The notes under the pieces are model-generated. The model searched no databases, was not told where the DNA came from, and was given only the letters and a program-made list of their open reading frames with translations. Shown one piece after another: positions 1-15,190 of a stretch of 64,000 nt of DNA. Where the stretch lies: the NCBI RefSeq assembly GCF_009914755.1, contig NC_060932.1. One strand, written 5' to 3'. The first letter of the stretch is position 1. Every line of letters starts with the position of its first letter. A program made the translations under genes and the position numbers. The DNA is from the human T2T-CHM13v2.0 reference genome, Homo sapiens.

Positions 1-52
1 TTTGTGTGGCTATTATAAATGGCATTGCATTCTTGATTTGGCTCTCAGCTTG
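1..52 (-). mobile_element. L1 fragment running off the window edge
   Basis: gtggctattataaatggcattgcattcttgatttggctctcagcttg resembles antisense L1 ORF2 sequence. Confidence 0.6.
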
Positions 53-3000
53 CTGACTGTTCAGATTATTGTTTTATAAAAGCCACAAAAATGTTCCATT
101 AGCTAAAAGTCACGTTTCTTAGTTAATAGAAGTCATAGTACATAAGAAGGTAAGAGTGTCAAATTATTACTAGTTGTGAATGAATTATTACTAGTTGTGA
201 AAGAATAGCAATTCATGGTTTTGTTTGGTCAGCAACTACTGCACCCTAGTGATGATGAATTCTCTAGCAGATTGGAAAGATACTTAGGGAGGGAAAAAAG
301 ATGAAGGATCTCTGGAAATAGGAAAATATTTAAGAAATTCTATAAGTAAAAATGAGTAATTTTATGTCAGAATAAAATAAAATTTGGCTGAATTTATAGT
401 TCTCCATCTGCCTGCTTGCACCTATTTGGGGCTTATTTTACCTTTGTGGTTACCCTGAGAAGCATGGTATGGCTGGAGCCTAAGTGAGTTCTTTGTTTTC
501 CAACCACATTGTCCTCTTTTCTTTTTATAAAATACATCAAATTCCTTGCAGGTTTGTCTGTCTGGAGTACTTACCCACCTTCTTTACTTAGTAAAGTACT
601 ACTTCTTTTTTAGGTGTCCATTTAAGTTCAAATCCTTGAAGAACTTTTATTTTGTAATAAAGATTAGATTCATATCTCCTGTTAAACACTCTTATAGTAT
701 TCAGGATATACCTTCTAAGTGGTACATGTGGGGCGGCCAGCAGAAGAAGATTTTGTATTAGGTATCACATTTGAGAGGAAGGAGGCCCCGTGGAAAAAGC
801 TTCATCAAAAGAAAACAAAAGAGGTGTTTATATGTTTCTCAAAAGGCATGTATCTATGTGTTGGTGAAAACTGCCTTAATAAGTATTACATGTCTAATGT
901 GTGTATACTAACATGCAGCTCTACGAAATATACAAAAAAGTTAAGCATATAGCCTATGCTTTTGAAAGCTTGAGATATATTTGGGGAAGTAACTATGAAG
1001 GGATGTCCCATGTAGCCTCATATGGAGCATAAAATAATGAAATGCTATTTATTATATGTCATGTATGGGACTGGCCTGTATGGGGTCATTTGAGTGCTAA
1101 GACAAGATTTCTTTAATTTGCAGTACTTTCCCACAATATTCATATGAGTTAATACATTATACTTAGGAAATTGCCCCTAAGATAATTAAATTAAAAATAT
1201 ATTACCATATTAACATGTAAACACAAATTGGTTTAAATGTTCTCTAGCAAAGATCAAATCTAGGACAGAGAAACAGGAGAAGAAAACAGGAAAATGGGGC
1301 TCAGAGCAGGGGAATGCTGTGTTGTTTAAAAGCCCTGGATGTCAAGATCTAAGGAAAAGATAAAAAAAATAGAACCACCACCAAATATAAATATTTATTT
1401 CCATATCTCACAATTTTTTCCTAGGCCATTGCTGGTGACAGACTTTCCAGTCCTTTTCAGAACTTACTCATCACATCCTTTTCATGCTTGTTATTTTGAT
1501 CCTGAACATCCTTGCAATTCAAAGAGCATACAGAGGCAGAGTGAAATTAGCATAATGTCACCTATTGCTATGATGCTCGTTACCTCTACCTCCAGAACAT
1601 GCCAAGGAGGCTTCCAGGAGCCCCAGAAACACAGAACAGCAAATCTTCAAAAGCCCAGTGCCCAGAGCAGATAGAGAAGAAAATTCTATTTTGAAATCCA
1701 TAAAGAATCTCATAATTCCTTGCAATATCTAGTCCCAATTGTGTGGGTGACAAACTGACCTATGGCAGAATTAGGAATGTGAATAGGAATGAGGCTTGGA
1801 GTTCCCCGTTCCTGCTGCCCTAACTCCCACTGGAATGTAATTTGTACAAAGAGTGACGACATGTGAAGATGTAAAAAAGAGGACTAGAGATGTCCTCCTG
1901 AGCTGCACAAGGAAGAAAGCTTTTTATGACCATCCAATTCTGCAAAGGACCTAGTTTCCCAGTGCTTATTACCATAAGGATGCAGAAAGAAAAAAGTTCA
2001 CAGACATAAGATTTCATGTGAAAACCAAGAAAAAAAGGTTACTGTATTTTTTAAAGGAATAGCATTTGATTTGGTGTAATGGCAGGATAAAGAAATGAGA
2101 AATAACAGTGGGGAAAAAAGTTGACTACAAAGATGTGAATAAGATCAGATGGCATAGTAATTTTATTCGTAATTAAAAATCTGGTTCAGTTAATGGAGAG
2201 ATTTAATTTCAGGAGCATTAACTAGTAGACTACTGGATACAATGTACATGTTTAAATAAATCATAAATAAGTTTCTCCTAAGAGCTACTTTAATGTTGTA
2301 GCATTCTAACTAATGAGTAGTATGACAAAATTACGTTGTTATTATAATAGCAATGTATCAGTTTTTCTGTTGATGAAATTTCTTAGGGTTAGAATTTTTT
2401 TTTACCAGATATGAAATAGACTTACACTTAAATACTGTTGAAAGTTGCCATATAATGTGGCTATTATCTTGGAGTTAATTAAAGTTAATTTAGTTTTGAG
2501 CATTATTAAGCTCTTTAAGAAAACTGGAAGACATCAAATTCTTATAAAGGAAAGCAGGACCTATTTGTTAAAACAAAAAGAAATAGCTCTGTATTCAAGA
2601 GTAGTTTTCTCAATGGATACTTTGCCCGTAAACATTAAAACTCACTAACACTTAAAATAAATAGATTTGAATGGATGGCTCTTACCACAAGTTAAAGGTT
2701 GTTATTTCATTAAGCTAAATGTAGTACGTATAACTGATTTTTTTTTTTGAGGGAGGAGGCATTACCTTGGAGAAGGAAATGGCTTCAGATAACATCTATG
2801 AAAATAATAATAATAATAATGAGATTATACGCAAGATTTGAAACATTTTCAGAGTTGGATAGAAATTTACACAAACCAGATTTCCCCTGGGAGATCCTAA
2901 GATAAACTAACAATAATGTCACACACATATCCTGTTATTTTATTTACTAAATTCTAAATTAAATTTCTGCTCTGGTGCTATGAAGGTCACCCAGCGTACT

Positions 3001-3394
3001 CTTTTAGATAATACAGGAGATTCCAGGATTGAACCAAAACCAAGCTAAGCAGAATATTTTCCTTCCGAGAGATTTGAAATTTGTGATAAACACGTTTGAT
3101 TTTTTGTGTGACATTATTTGGTAAAAGTAACTTTTTCAGAAGCTCCCCCAAATCTCTATACCCTTCTTTGTGCCACCGTGTTTTCTTGTGTATTGGAGGT
3201 GGATAAGCAAACTGCAATTGGGATAGATTTTCACCTAAATTTCTCACATTTTCATAAGTGTTCTGTTCCTCTTATTTACTGCTTGCAATCCACATGTGTA
3301 TACTGCACACACACTCACACACATATACACACACATACCCTCATATTCTAAAGAATAAAAACACAGGCACTGTAATTGCATATGTGTATACTTA

Positions 3395-3895
<501 letters not shown>

Positions 3896-3982
3896 ACAAC
3901 AAATGACATTTACTCTTTTTATGTTGTCTAAAGTCATATGAGTATATAGTGAAGTTTTCAGCATAGGCTCTGTGTGAGAATA

Positions 3983-4526
3983 CAGTAGTCCCCCCTTCTT
4001 TACAGTTTTGCTTTTGGCAGTTTCAGTTATCTGCAATCAACTGCAGTCTGAAAATATTAGATAAAAAATCCCAGAAATAAACAATTTCTAAGTTTTAACT
4101 TGTGCACTATTCTGAGTAGAGTGAAATCTCGCCCATCCTGTTCTGTCCCTCTGGGGACATGAATCCTCTCTTTGTCCAGGGGATCTATGCTGTCTACACT
4201 CCCCACCCTTTAGTCACTTAGTAACCATCTTGATGATCAGATTAACTGTCACAATGTAGCAGTGCCTGTGTTTAAGCAACCCTTCATGTAATCATAGCCC
4301 CAAAGTACAAGAGTAGTGACATCAACATGTTATTATTATTATTGTTCTTTTTTATTATTAAGTATTGTTGCTAATCTCTTACTGTGACTAATTTATAAAC
4401 TAAACTTGATCATAGGTATGCACGTATAGGTAAAAAATAGTATATATAGGGTTTGGTACTATCCATGGTTTCTGGCATCCACTGGGGATCTTGGAACATA
4501 TTCCTTGTGGATAACGGGGACCACTG
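3983..4526. mobile_element. MER44-type (TcMar-Tigger) non-autonomous DNA transposon, both ends present
   Basis: Terminal inverted repeats cagtagtcccccctt... and ...ggataacggggaccactg, each flanked by TA. The interior matches MER44 as I recall it. Confidence 0.82.
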
Positions 4527-6119
4527 TAGAGGCAAATGGATATAGAATATCCTTTAGGTTTATTTTTTTGTCTGTCTTTCCCTAAAGCAATAAATATAAA
4601 GAAAATCTAAATAGTTGGTTTTGACAACACATAGGTGTATTATATTCTGCCTTTTTAGTGCTCAGTATTCCAATATTTCATTTTGTAGATGTGAAAATTA
4701 AGGTAATCAAGGGTGGAAATGCTTATTGGAGATCATGGAACTGGCTCGTGATGCAACAGTCATGGAGTGCTGGTTTAACCGAGTTGAATACAACACGAAT
4801 GCCCCCATGAAAAGCAATGAATACAGAAGTGCTCAAAAGAGTTTACCTAAGAAAATAAATAGGAAGAATAAAACTCAAAGACAGAGAAGGTATATTAATA
4901 TTCATTATCACTGAAGAGAAGTAAACTTAATTTTTTAATATTATAAGTTAATGACCTCAAGCAAAGTCAGATATTGAAAGGTGATCGTTTCAAAGATTGA
5001 AACTGAGTGAAAATATTTCAGGAAAAGAGAGTTTTAGCTATTCTTAAAGAAAGAGAAAAAAGCAGATTCAAGGATAGCTTTTTGAAGAAGATACAGCTTG
5101 AAATGGCTTCTTTTACTCCCTCAGTTAAAAGTGGTAATGGATGTGCCTAACTAAAATTCCCACAGGAAAAACTTCTTTAGTTCACCTCTCTCTTCCTGCT
5201 TTTTTTAGTTGATTTCCTATGTAAATATGAGAGCTCTTAATAAAAATATGACAGAAAGTTGGAAAGAGTTTTCCTGAAATAAATACCAGATGAGTATAGT
5301 GGTTACTTGAATTATGTGCAGAAAAGAAGATGATACTCTACAAGCTCGGCTTTTCGGCGACAAATCTGAAGTCCATCTCCATTGTGAGTATTTCTTGTGT
5401 GGCTTGGACTTCCTCCATTCCAGAGAAAGAATCAGTCCTTTGGGAATCCATGAAGTGTGTCCTACTGTGCCAGGCCTCAGCCACTAACACAGGTCCCTAG
5501 AGAGCCACGCTGTCTTGCTCCATGACCTCCAATGAGAACCCCTTCTTACTGCCCTTTCATTGATTAAAACGAGACATTTGCTGGGACCTCATTGTGGGCT
5601 AAGCACATTGCAGTCAGTTTCCACATAATGTTGCTCATTGGATCATTATTTTAATTTTTCTCTCTTTACCTCCCCCACAGCTGTCTTTCCTTATCTGCAA
5701 TGTTGCATGCACAATATTTACTTTCAGCAAATGATGTAAATCACCCTCGAATGAAAAGACTGAAGGTGCCTCACCTTTCTTCTTCCTGTCCTATTACTGT
5801 GTTCTCATGGCCTTGGATTTTCTCTGGATAACCACGTATCCTAGTTCATGCTTTTGTGTCATAAGGAAAAGTTGGCACTCCCTTTTGAAAAGCTAAACTT
5901 CCCTTCCTGCTATTCATCCTGACATTTCTGCCCTTTATTAGGAACTTGATTCAACAATTTTCTCTTCTCTTATATCTTCAATTTCTCCCTTTCTTGTTTC
6001 TTTCCTTTAGGCTTAAAAATGTCTTTAACATCCTTAGGTCTTTCCTATTGTTAAAAACAAGCAAACTCAGAATCCTTTTCTCAAACTTAATACTTTGTTG
6101 AGTTGGCACCCAATTTGCC

Positions 6120-6413
6120 TTTTTTTTTTTTTTTGAGACAGGGTCTGGCTTTGTCACCTAGGCTGGACTGCAGTGGTGCCATCATAGCTCACTGCAGCCT
6201 CAAACTCCTGGGCTCAGGTGATCCTCCCACCTAGCCTGAGTAGCTAGGACTATAGGTGCCCACCACCACATCTGGCTAATTTTTGAATTTTTCATAGATA
6301 TGGAGTTTCAATATGTTGTCCAGGCTGGTCTTGATCTCCTGTGCTAAAACGATCCTCCACCCTCAGCCTCCCAAAGAAGTGCTAGGATTACAGGCATGAG
6401 TCCACGCCCAGCC
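6120..6413 (-). mobile_element. Alu (AluJ-like)
   Basis: Poly-T followed by a full antisense Alu dimer. Confidence 0.92.
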
Positions 6414-6504
6414 CTTAATTTGTCTATTTTTATTGTTAAGTTTCTCAAAGAAATGCTCAATGCCTGGGTCAAGGACCTCTACAGATCTTGAGTCTCCTTA
6501 GGAC

Positions 6505-6895
6505 ATCCCTTTCCAACTACTCATCTATTTGATGCCAGATTTTCTACATGTACTTCAACCAAAACAACATATTGCAACAGATTGAATGCAGAAGCAGATA
6601 TGAGAATCTGCTGCCTTCTATGAAGCAAGTCATTAAAGAGATTTGCAAAAATGTAAACCAGTGCTCTCTTCTTTTCAAAATTATTTTTATTAGGGAAAAT
6701 ATATTTTTCATAAAAACTAGGTTATTTATATTACTATTTAATGGAGTTAGCGTTGCTATTTTTAAAAGAGTTTATTTAAAAAGTCTTAACTTCTTTAGTG
6801 GTAATTTCTAGTACGGTAAACACTGGTAGATTTAACCCACAGAATCAGAAGCTCTTTGGGGGTCCTCAGTAATTTTAATAGTGAAAAGGAGTTTT
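6505..6895 (+). mobile_element. Charlie1-like hAT transposon 3' fragment (decayed transposase C-terminus)
   Basis: Frameshifted translation PFPTTHLFDARFS..TKTTYCNRLNAEADMRI / LPSMKQVIKEICKNVNQC resembles the hAT C-terminal dimerisation region. It is followed by a Charlie1-like subterminal sequence (aagctctttgggggtcctca). Confidence 0.78.
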
Positions 6896-6912
6896 AAAAT
6901 AAAAGTAGTTGA

Positions 6913-7195
6913 CACTTTATGAGGCTGAGGCAGGTGGATTGCTTGAGGTCAGGAGTTCAAGACCAGCCTGACCAACATGGTGAAACCCCGCCTCTACTAA
7001 AAACACAAAAATTAGTTGGGCATGGTGGCACGTGCCTGTAATCCCAGCTACTTGAGAGGCTGAGGCAGGAGAATCACTTGAACCTAGGAGGCAGAAGTGA
7101 GCGAGATCATGCCACTGCACTCCAGCCTGGGAGACAGAGTGAGGCTCTGTCTCTGAATAACTAACTAACTAACTAACTAAATAAATAAATAAAAA
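6913..7195 (+). mobile_element. Alu (AluS-like), 5'-truncated, with (TAAC)n(TAAA)n tail
   Basis: Alu body from cacttt..gaggctgagg, with a microsatellite-converted A tail. Confidence 0.9.
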
Positions 7196-7263
7196 TAGGA
7201 GTTGCGAACAGTAGGTCTATATCCGTGATTGCTTTTCCTCACCACTGTTGCCTCCTTTTTTTA

Positions 7264-7572
<309 letters not shown>

Positions 7573-8701
7573 TTACCTTAGCTTCCTGAGTGGCTGTGAT
7601 TTCCCTAGTCTTTTATCCTCCCTAGTTGCTAAGCAATGTTTAACAGTGCCTACCTCTCATTTCTTCTTGATATTCTTTCCTTCTACGGCAACAAATTCCC
7701 CTGATTTCTTCCCAACCTTCCTGACTACCCATCTTTTTCTCTCTTGGTTCCTTTTTCCTGGGACTGTATTTTCCTCTTAGCTGACTCAGTATGCTTTTCC
7801 TTAAAGATTTTTTTTTTTCTATTGCCCTTCCAAAATTTTTTCTAGATCCAAAGCCTTTCTCACAGTGTCAAGAAAAAAACATTCCAGTTGCCAGATGAAC
7901 AGCCTGTTTCAGTATCATGGGTCTAAAACCAGACACCGGTTTTTCCTCCAGCAATTCTTCTGGTTAACTTGATGCCTCTGTCTATCATGGAAACCGAATT
8001 TCCTAAGTCATGCGGATTTAAAATGCTAGATAATTTCTTACTCCTGTCACCACTACATCTAATGAATCAGATGTTCTGTTTGTTCTTGTGTCATCCCAGT
8101 CCACTCCCTGACAAAGCATATCTGCAAGCTTATCATCATAAACCTAGGCTATTTCAATGCTCACGTATTAACCGCTCGTCACATGAATAGAATTTCATTT
8201 GCCTGATTTACCCTACACAGCCCTTCAAATTTATCAACGAAATCACTGGTTTTCAACTTTTATTTTTAAGTAGGAAAAGCTTTTCCGTTAAGTTTTTGCA
8301 AACAAATATAATGCAATCCAATATTTGCCCTCCAGAGCTATGCCGATTTACCGCTGAAACCTTGAGCAAAGAAATACTCAAAGCTTCTTCTAGGTTGTGT
8401 ATGTATCACAACAGAGGAAGGAAATTATGAGATGGGCACTTGGGAGACTGTTTTCTTGGTTGCCCTCTCCTTGTGAAAGGTAGGGCTACAAGCCCCCATT
8501 TGAGCCAAAGCTAAGGAGTCCGGTGCCCATGAAAAAGACGCAAGCAATGCTGTCCTCCTTGATGGAGGCTGCAGAGGCCAGAACCACACCTGCTCAGCCT
8601 GGCCCTGAGGCTGCCCCTGTGGCACTGCTGAAAGTCAGTCTTTTGTCACAAGGAAGGCAGTTTTTCTAGACAAGATTATTCTCATCTTAAGCATGAGGTA
8701 G

Positions 8702-8703
<2 letters not shown>

Positions 8704-8745
<42 letters not shown>
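8704..8745. repeat. (GT)21 microsatellite
   Basis: Perfect GT run. Confidence 0.97.
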
Positions 8746-8747
<2 letters not shown>

Positions 8748-9326
8748 TGTCTAAGTCTACTTGCCTGCTTTCTGGGAACTGGTAAGAGATAGGAAGATAG
8801 AAGTCATCATCATTCCAAATGTAGGCTTTCACTTAATTTCTCTATTTTCAGTCTGAGACCACACATTTACACGTCTCTCAGCCTGCATCCCCAAGCTCAA
8901 AATATTTCTGCTTTAATCTCTTCAGAGACTAAACCTCCTGTCCCCCACTACATGGAGAAGGCTTGGTTACCTGTTATTCAAGGTGTTGCCTGGATCTGTG
9001 TATATACTTTAATTCATTCCCTCTGTTTTCAGCACCAACACCCGCCCCCTTTCCTCCTAGCTTCCTTGGTACTTGGTGCCTCCAATTTTTGAGGCTTTCT
9101 ATAATTACTTAGCACAAATCAACTTTCTTGTTGATTTTCTTCTTTATAGGAGCATAGATTTCAGCATTTGTGACTTTGACAAGTCAGTTGTTACAAATTC
9201 ATCAGCTGCCCATCTGATAAAATTTTAATGTCTTTTCTACTCTATCTCTTCTAGCTTTTCTTTTCTTGTGTGTCGATACCCATTTTATTTCTTTACTTAC
9301 CCTCATTTTAGTGGCATTTCAAAAGG

Positions 9327-9870
9327 CGTACTAGTTACCTATTGCTATATAACAAATTACCATAAACTTAGTTGCTTAAAACAATGCACATTTATTCTCT
9401 TAGAGTTTCTGTGGGCCAAGGTACTGGGTGTAGCTCAGCTTGGCCCCCTACTTTAGAGTCTCTCACAAGGCTGCAGTGAGGTGCTGGCCAAGACTGGGAT
9501 CTCATGGGAAGGCTCAAAAGGAAAAGCATCTGCTTGTATGCTCCTGGAGTTACAGGCAGGTTTTAGTTCCTGATGAGCTGATGAACTGACAGTCTTGTTC
9601 TTTAGTGACTCTGGGCCAGAGGTCACCCTCATCCCTTGCCACATGGCTCTCTCTCTATAGCAGTTTGTTTAATCAAAGCTAGCAATGGTGAGAATCTGCC
9701 AACAAAATAGAAGTCACTATTTTGTGTGACATAATCACAGAAATGACATCTCATCATGTTTGCCACATTCTATTGGCTAAAAGCAAGTCACCAGGCCCGC
9801 CCATACTCAAAGTGAGGAGATTATACAAGGCGTAAATACCAAGAGGCAGATTAGAGGCTATTTTAGTCTG
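9327..9870 (-). mobile_element. MLT1 (ERVL-MaLR) solo LTR
   Basis: Typical antisense MLT1 motifs: attgctatataacaaattaccataaacttagttgcttaaaacaa and ctattggctaaaagcaagtcaccaggcccgccc. Confidence 0.8.
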
Positions 9871-9949
9871 TTGATATAGGAGGCCAAGGTGATAAACACA
9901 TGGGTCCAAGTCTCTCTCTAAAACTGGAGTCCCCTCTCTCTCACTTCCA

Positions 9950-11700
9950 TCAAGCTTACAGTCCACTTCTCCTGTCAAGGTCAAGTAGTGACCTCCATCT
10001 TGCACAATCCAGTGAACTATCCCAAGTGATCATCATACTCAAACAAACAACCAGTAGCAACTGACATATTCTCTTCCTGAGGCATTTTATTTCTTTGGAT
10101 TTGGGGATCCCTCACCTCCTTGTCTTTTCCCTTCATCTCTTGTCTCTGACTCACAGGCTCCTTTGTTCATTCTCATTTTTCTTCCTTTTGGAGGGCTAAA
10201 TGCTAGAGGTCTACAGGGCTCCATTTGTAGCCCTTCACTCTTCTGTAATTGTACCTAAGAAATCTAGTCTCATGACTTCATAGTCCATGTATATATTGAT
10301 GACTCTTACATTTATATCTCCAGCTCCAACCTTTCCCCTATGCCCCAGATAGTACCCAATTGGCATCTGTACTTGGACTCAAAGACATTGCAAACTTAAT
10401 TTCTCAAAGAATTAAAAATAGAACTACCATTCGATCCAGCAATCCCACTACTTGGCATCTACTCAAAGGAAAAGAAATCATTATATCAAAAAGATACCCC
10501 CACTTATATGTTTATTGCAGCACTACTCACAAAGGGCAAAAACATGGAATCAACCTAAGTGTCCATCAATGGATTGGATAAAGAAAACGTAATATATATA
10601 CATACACATACAACACACACAGACACACACCGTGGAATACTACTAAGCCATAAAAAATAAAATCATGTCTTTTGCAGCAACATGGATGGAACTGGAGGCC
10701 ATTATCTTAAGTGAAATAACCCAGAAACAGAAAGTCAAATATTACATGTTCTCTACTTATAAGTGGGAGCTAAATATGTGTACCATGGATATAGAAATTG
10801 GAATAATAGACATTGGAGACTCATAAAGTTGGGAGGGTGGGAAGGGTTCAAGGGATGAGAAATTACTTAATGGGTCAATATACACTAAAAGCTCAGATTT
10901 CATCGCTATTCAGTATATCAGTATAACAACAAAACTGCACTTGTACCTTCTAAATCTATACAAATAAAAGCTAAAAAATGAAAACAAATTAGACATCTCA
11001 AATGACAACTTAATGCAGAACTCTTGATTTCCTCATCCTTCCCTGACCTTTACCTAAAAACACACTCTGCCCAAACTGATGCCCATTTCAATAAATGTCA
11101 CTACCTTCCACCCAGTTGCTTAGGTGGAAATCCAGGCATTTTCTTTGTTCCTCTTCTTTTTTTCACACCCCACATACACTTCTCACTCAGCATATCCTGA
11201 CAGCGCCACCTTCAGAATATGTCCATTATCCAACCGCTTCTCCCCAGTTCTCCTGCAATCACCCAGGCGTGGTCATGGTTGTCTCTTGCCTCCCCTTGAC
11301 TGGTACATGTGCCGTTCCCCTTTGCATCAAGCTTACATCTGCTCCAGGATGTTTATATTTGCAGTTCTCTCCACCTGTGATTCTTATCCTTCTGATTTGC
11401 ATGTAACTCACTCCTTTTTATCATCCAGGTCTCTCCTTAAATACCACCTCTTTGGAAAGCCTTCCTTGATCACTCTGTGTAAAATAGCCAAGCCTCCGTT
11501 ATTCACTATCTTCTTTTGCTCTTTTATTTTTCATATATGACTACGTGAAAGTACTGTCTGTTGTTATATGTCTAGTTACTTGTTATGTGAGTATAAGCTT
11601 AATCAAGGTGATGCTTTATTGCACTTAGCGCTGTTTCCCTGCAATCCAGTACAAAGCCCAGTATGCAAGTTACAGGCATGTGGTAAGTGTTGGATATGTG
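9950..11700 (+). mobile_element. L2 LINE relic interrupted by an L1
   Basis: L2-like motifs (gatgactcttacatttatatctccagc, cagaactcttgatttcctc, ggaaagccttccttgatcac) on both sides of the L1. Confidence 0.65.
10400..10985 (+). mobile_element. L1 (L1MA-like) 3' end
   Basis: ORF2 C-terminal sequence (gaactaccattcgatccagcaatcccacta, gcagcaacatggatggaactggaggccattatc), then 3' UTR and an A-rich tail. Confidence 0.9.
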
Positions 11701-12294
11701 CACCAGTTGTTGGACAGGATTGAACTTGCGAGGTCAGCTTTCTCAGGTGACCTCAAAGGCAAGCATCTAGTTTATTGAGTAGTACAACAATAGGTATGTT
11801 GCATGTACATATATGTATAACAGAAGTTTATTTTTAAGCCTGAATTAGTGATAGCAACTCTGTTCATGAGTGATTATGTGGTTCTTTTTCATCTTTACTC
11901 TTTCTCAGAGAAATTCTTCTCTTCTTCCCACATTGTTTGACTGCTTAGAGTAGATAATAGAGGAGTGGTAAGATGTCTGAGTATATAATGTAAGGGGGTT
12001 TGGTTCTTGTCATATATAGAATACATATAGGTCCTATTATAAACAACATATGGTTCTTCTCATATATAGAATACATACAGGTCCTATTAAAAACAACATA
12101 TTGTAGCTTTAATTCAACACACGACTGGTTCTTGTATAAAGTTTCACTGAGATCTTTATTGTGGAGAATTGCATGACTATTCCAGTCCTGGACTCAATTT
12201 GAATAAAAACATAGGAACCAAATTCCTCCACTAAATAACTGATTGATACTTAAATTTGACAACGATAGCTTTATAGAATAGTCCAGAACATATA

Positions 12295-13770
<1,476 letters not shown>

Positions 13771-14079
13771 TTTAGAGTATGGAAATGACTCTATTTCCAT
13801 ACAGTACTTCCAATAATAAATTAAGTTGTTTGATTTCTAGATTGAAAATGGCTTTGATAATCTTGTAATTGGATTTATATGCCTTTGAGTCTCTCAAGTA
13901 GAACTGATTTACCTTTCCATTCCTTTCTCTTTCCTCTCTGGTCACATCCCTATTCCACATTTGTTTTTTTTGTAACCAGATACACAAATAATACTTTGTA
14001 TTAAGTGGTTATAGTGAAAGCTGGGCATTCTGTTCTAGTGAATAATGATTCTTATATTCCAAGGACAAACTACCTATTA

Positions 14080-14506
<427 letters not shown>

Positions 14507-15007
14507 TTAGTGGAAATGAGAAAACCTAGAAAATACCATGCAATTCTAATGAAAATTCTAGAAAACTAGAAAAAAGGAAAGAGAAGGAAATTGAGAAGAC
14601 CCTGTAATCTGTTGAAATGCTGAGTTTTCCTAATTAAGGAAAGTAAAATTCTAGTCACTTAAAATGCCTCCAAGAAAGTCACTGTTTTTGTCCATTTATA
14701 TCTTTCTGCTTTCTTTTTCATTTTTTCCCTAAAAATTAATTAAATATTAATTACTTTTAGAGGAAAGATTACTCTGATAAAATGGTCAAGAAAAGCAAAG
14801 TTTCTTACTTTCTGTGCCAAAGATTTTCAGCCAAAGTAATAAAAGAAAAATCTTAAAAAGGGAAACTATGCAATTCGAATGGAAGATCCATTTTAAAAAG
14901 TTATTGTGGCAGTATAAAATGATACTGTGTGCTCAAATACCTAAAAACTTTTGCAACTTACGAAATGGTATTTTTAGTATTACTTAGGGTGTTGTATGGG
15001 TGTCTTA

Positions 15008-15190
15008 TGTAACTTGTTAAGGTAAAGAATTTTGCTATTCTCAACTTCAGTTTATGCATCTATAAAATGAGAAAGCGCAAAATAATACTTCTACCTCATA
15101 GGGTTATCGTGAAAGTTAAATGACAGAGGGATAAATGAAATATTTAGTATAGTGCCTACCACAAAAGCCAAAGCTAAATAAGTGATAGCC
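15008..15190 (+). mobile_element. MIR
   Basis: cttcagtttatgcatctataaaatgag...ctacctcatagggttatcgtgaaagttaaatga. Confidence 0.7.

Noticed and set aside
6548-6811. 87-aa ORF with transposase-like residues
   Set aside because: It is a frameshifted fragment of a Charlie1 fossil and not an intact domesticated gene.
12001-12140. Repeat-spacer-like pattern suggestive of a CRISPR array
   Set aside because: Only two adjacent copies, no unique spacers, no cas genes, and a eukaryotic context.
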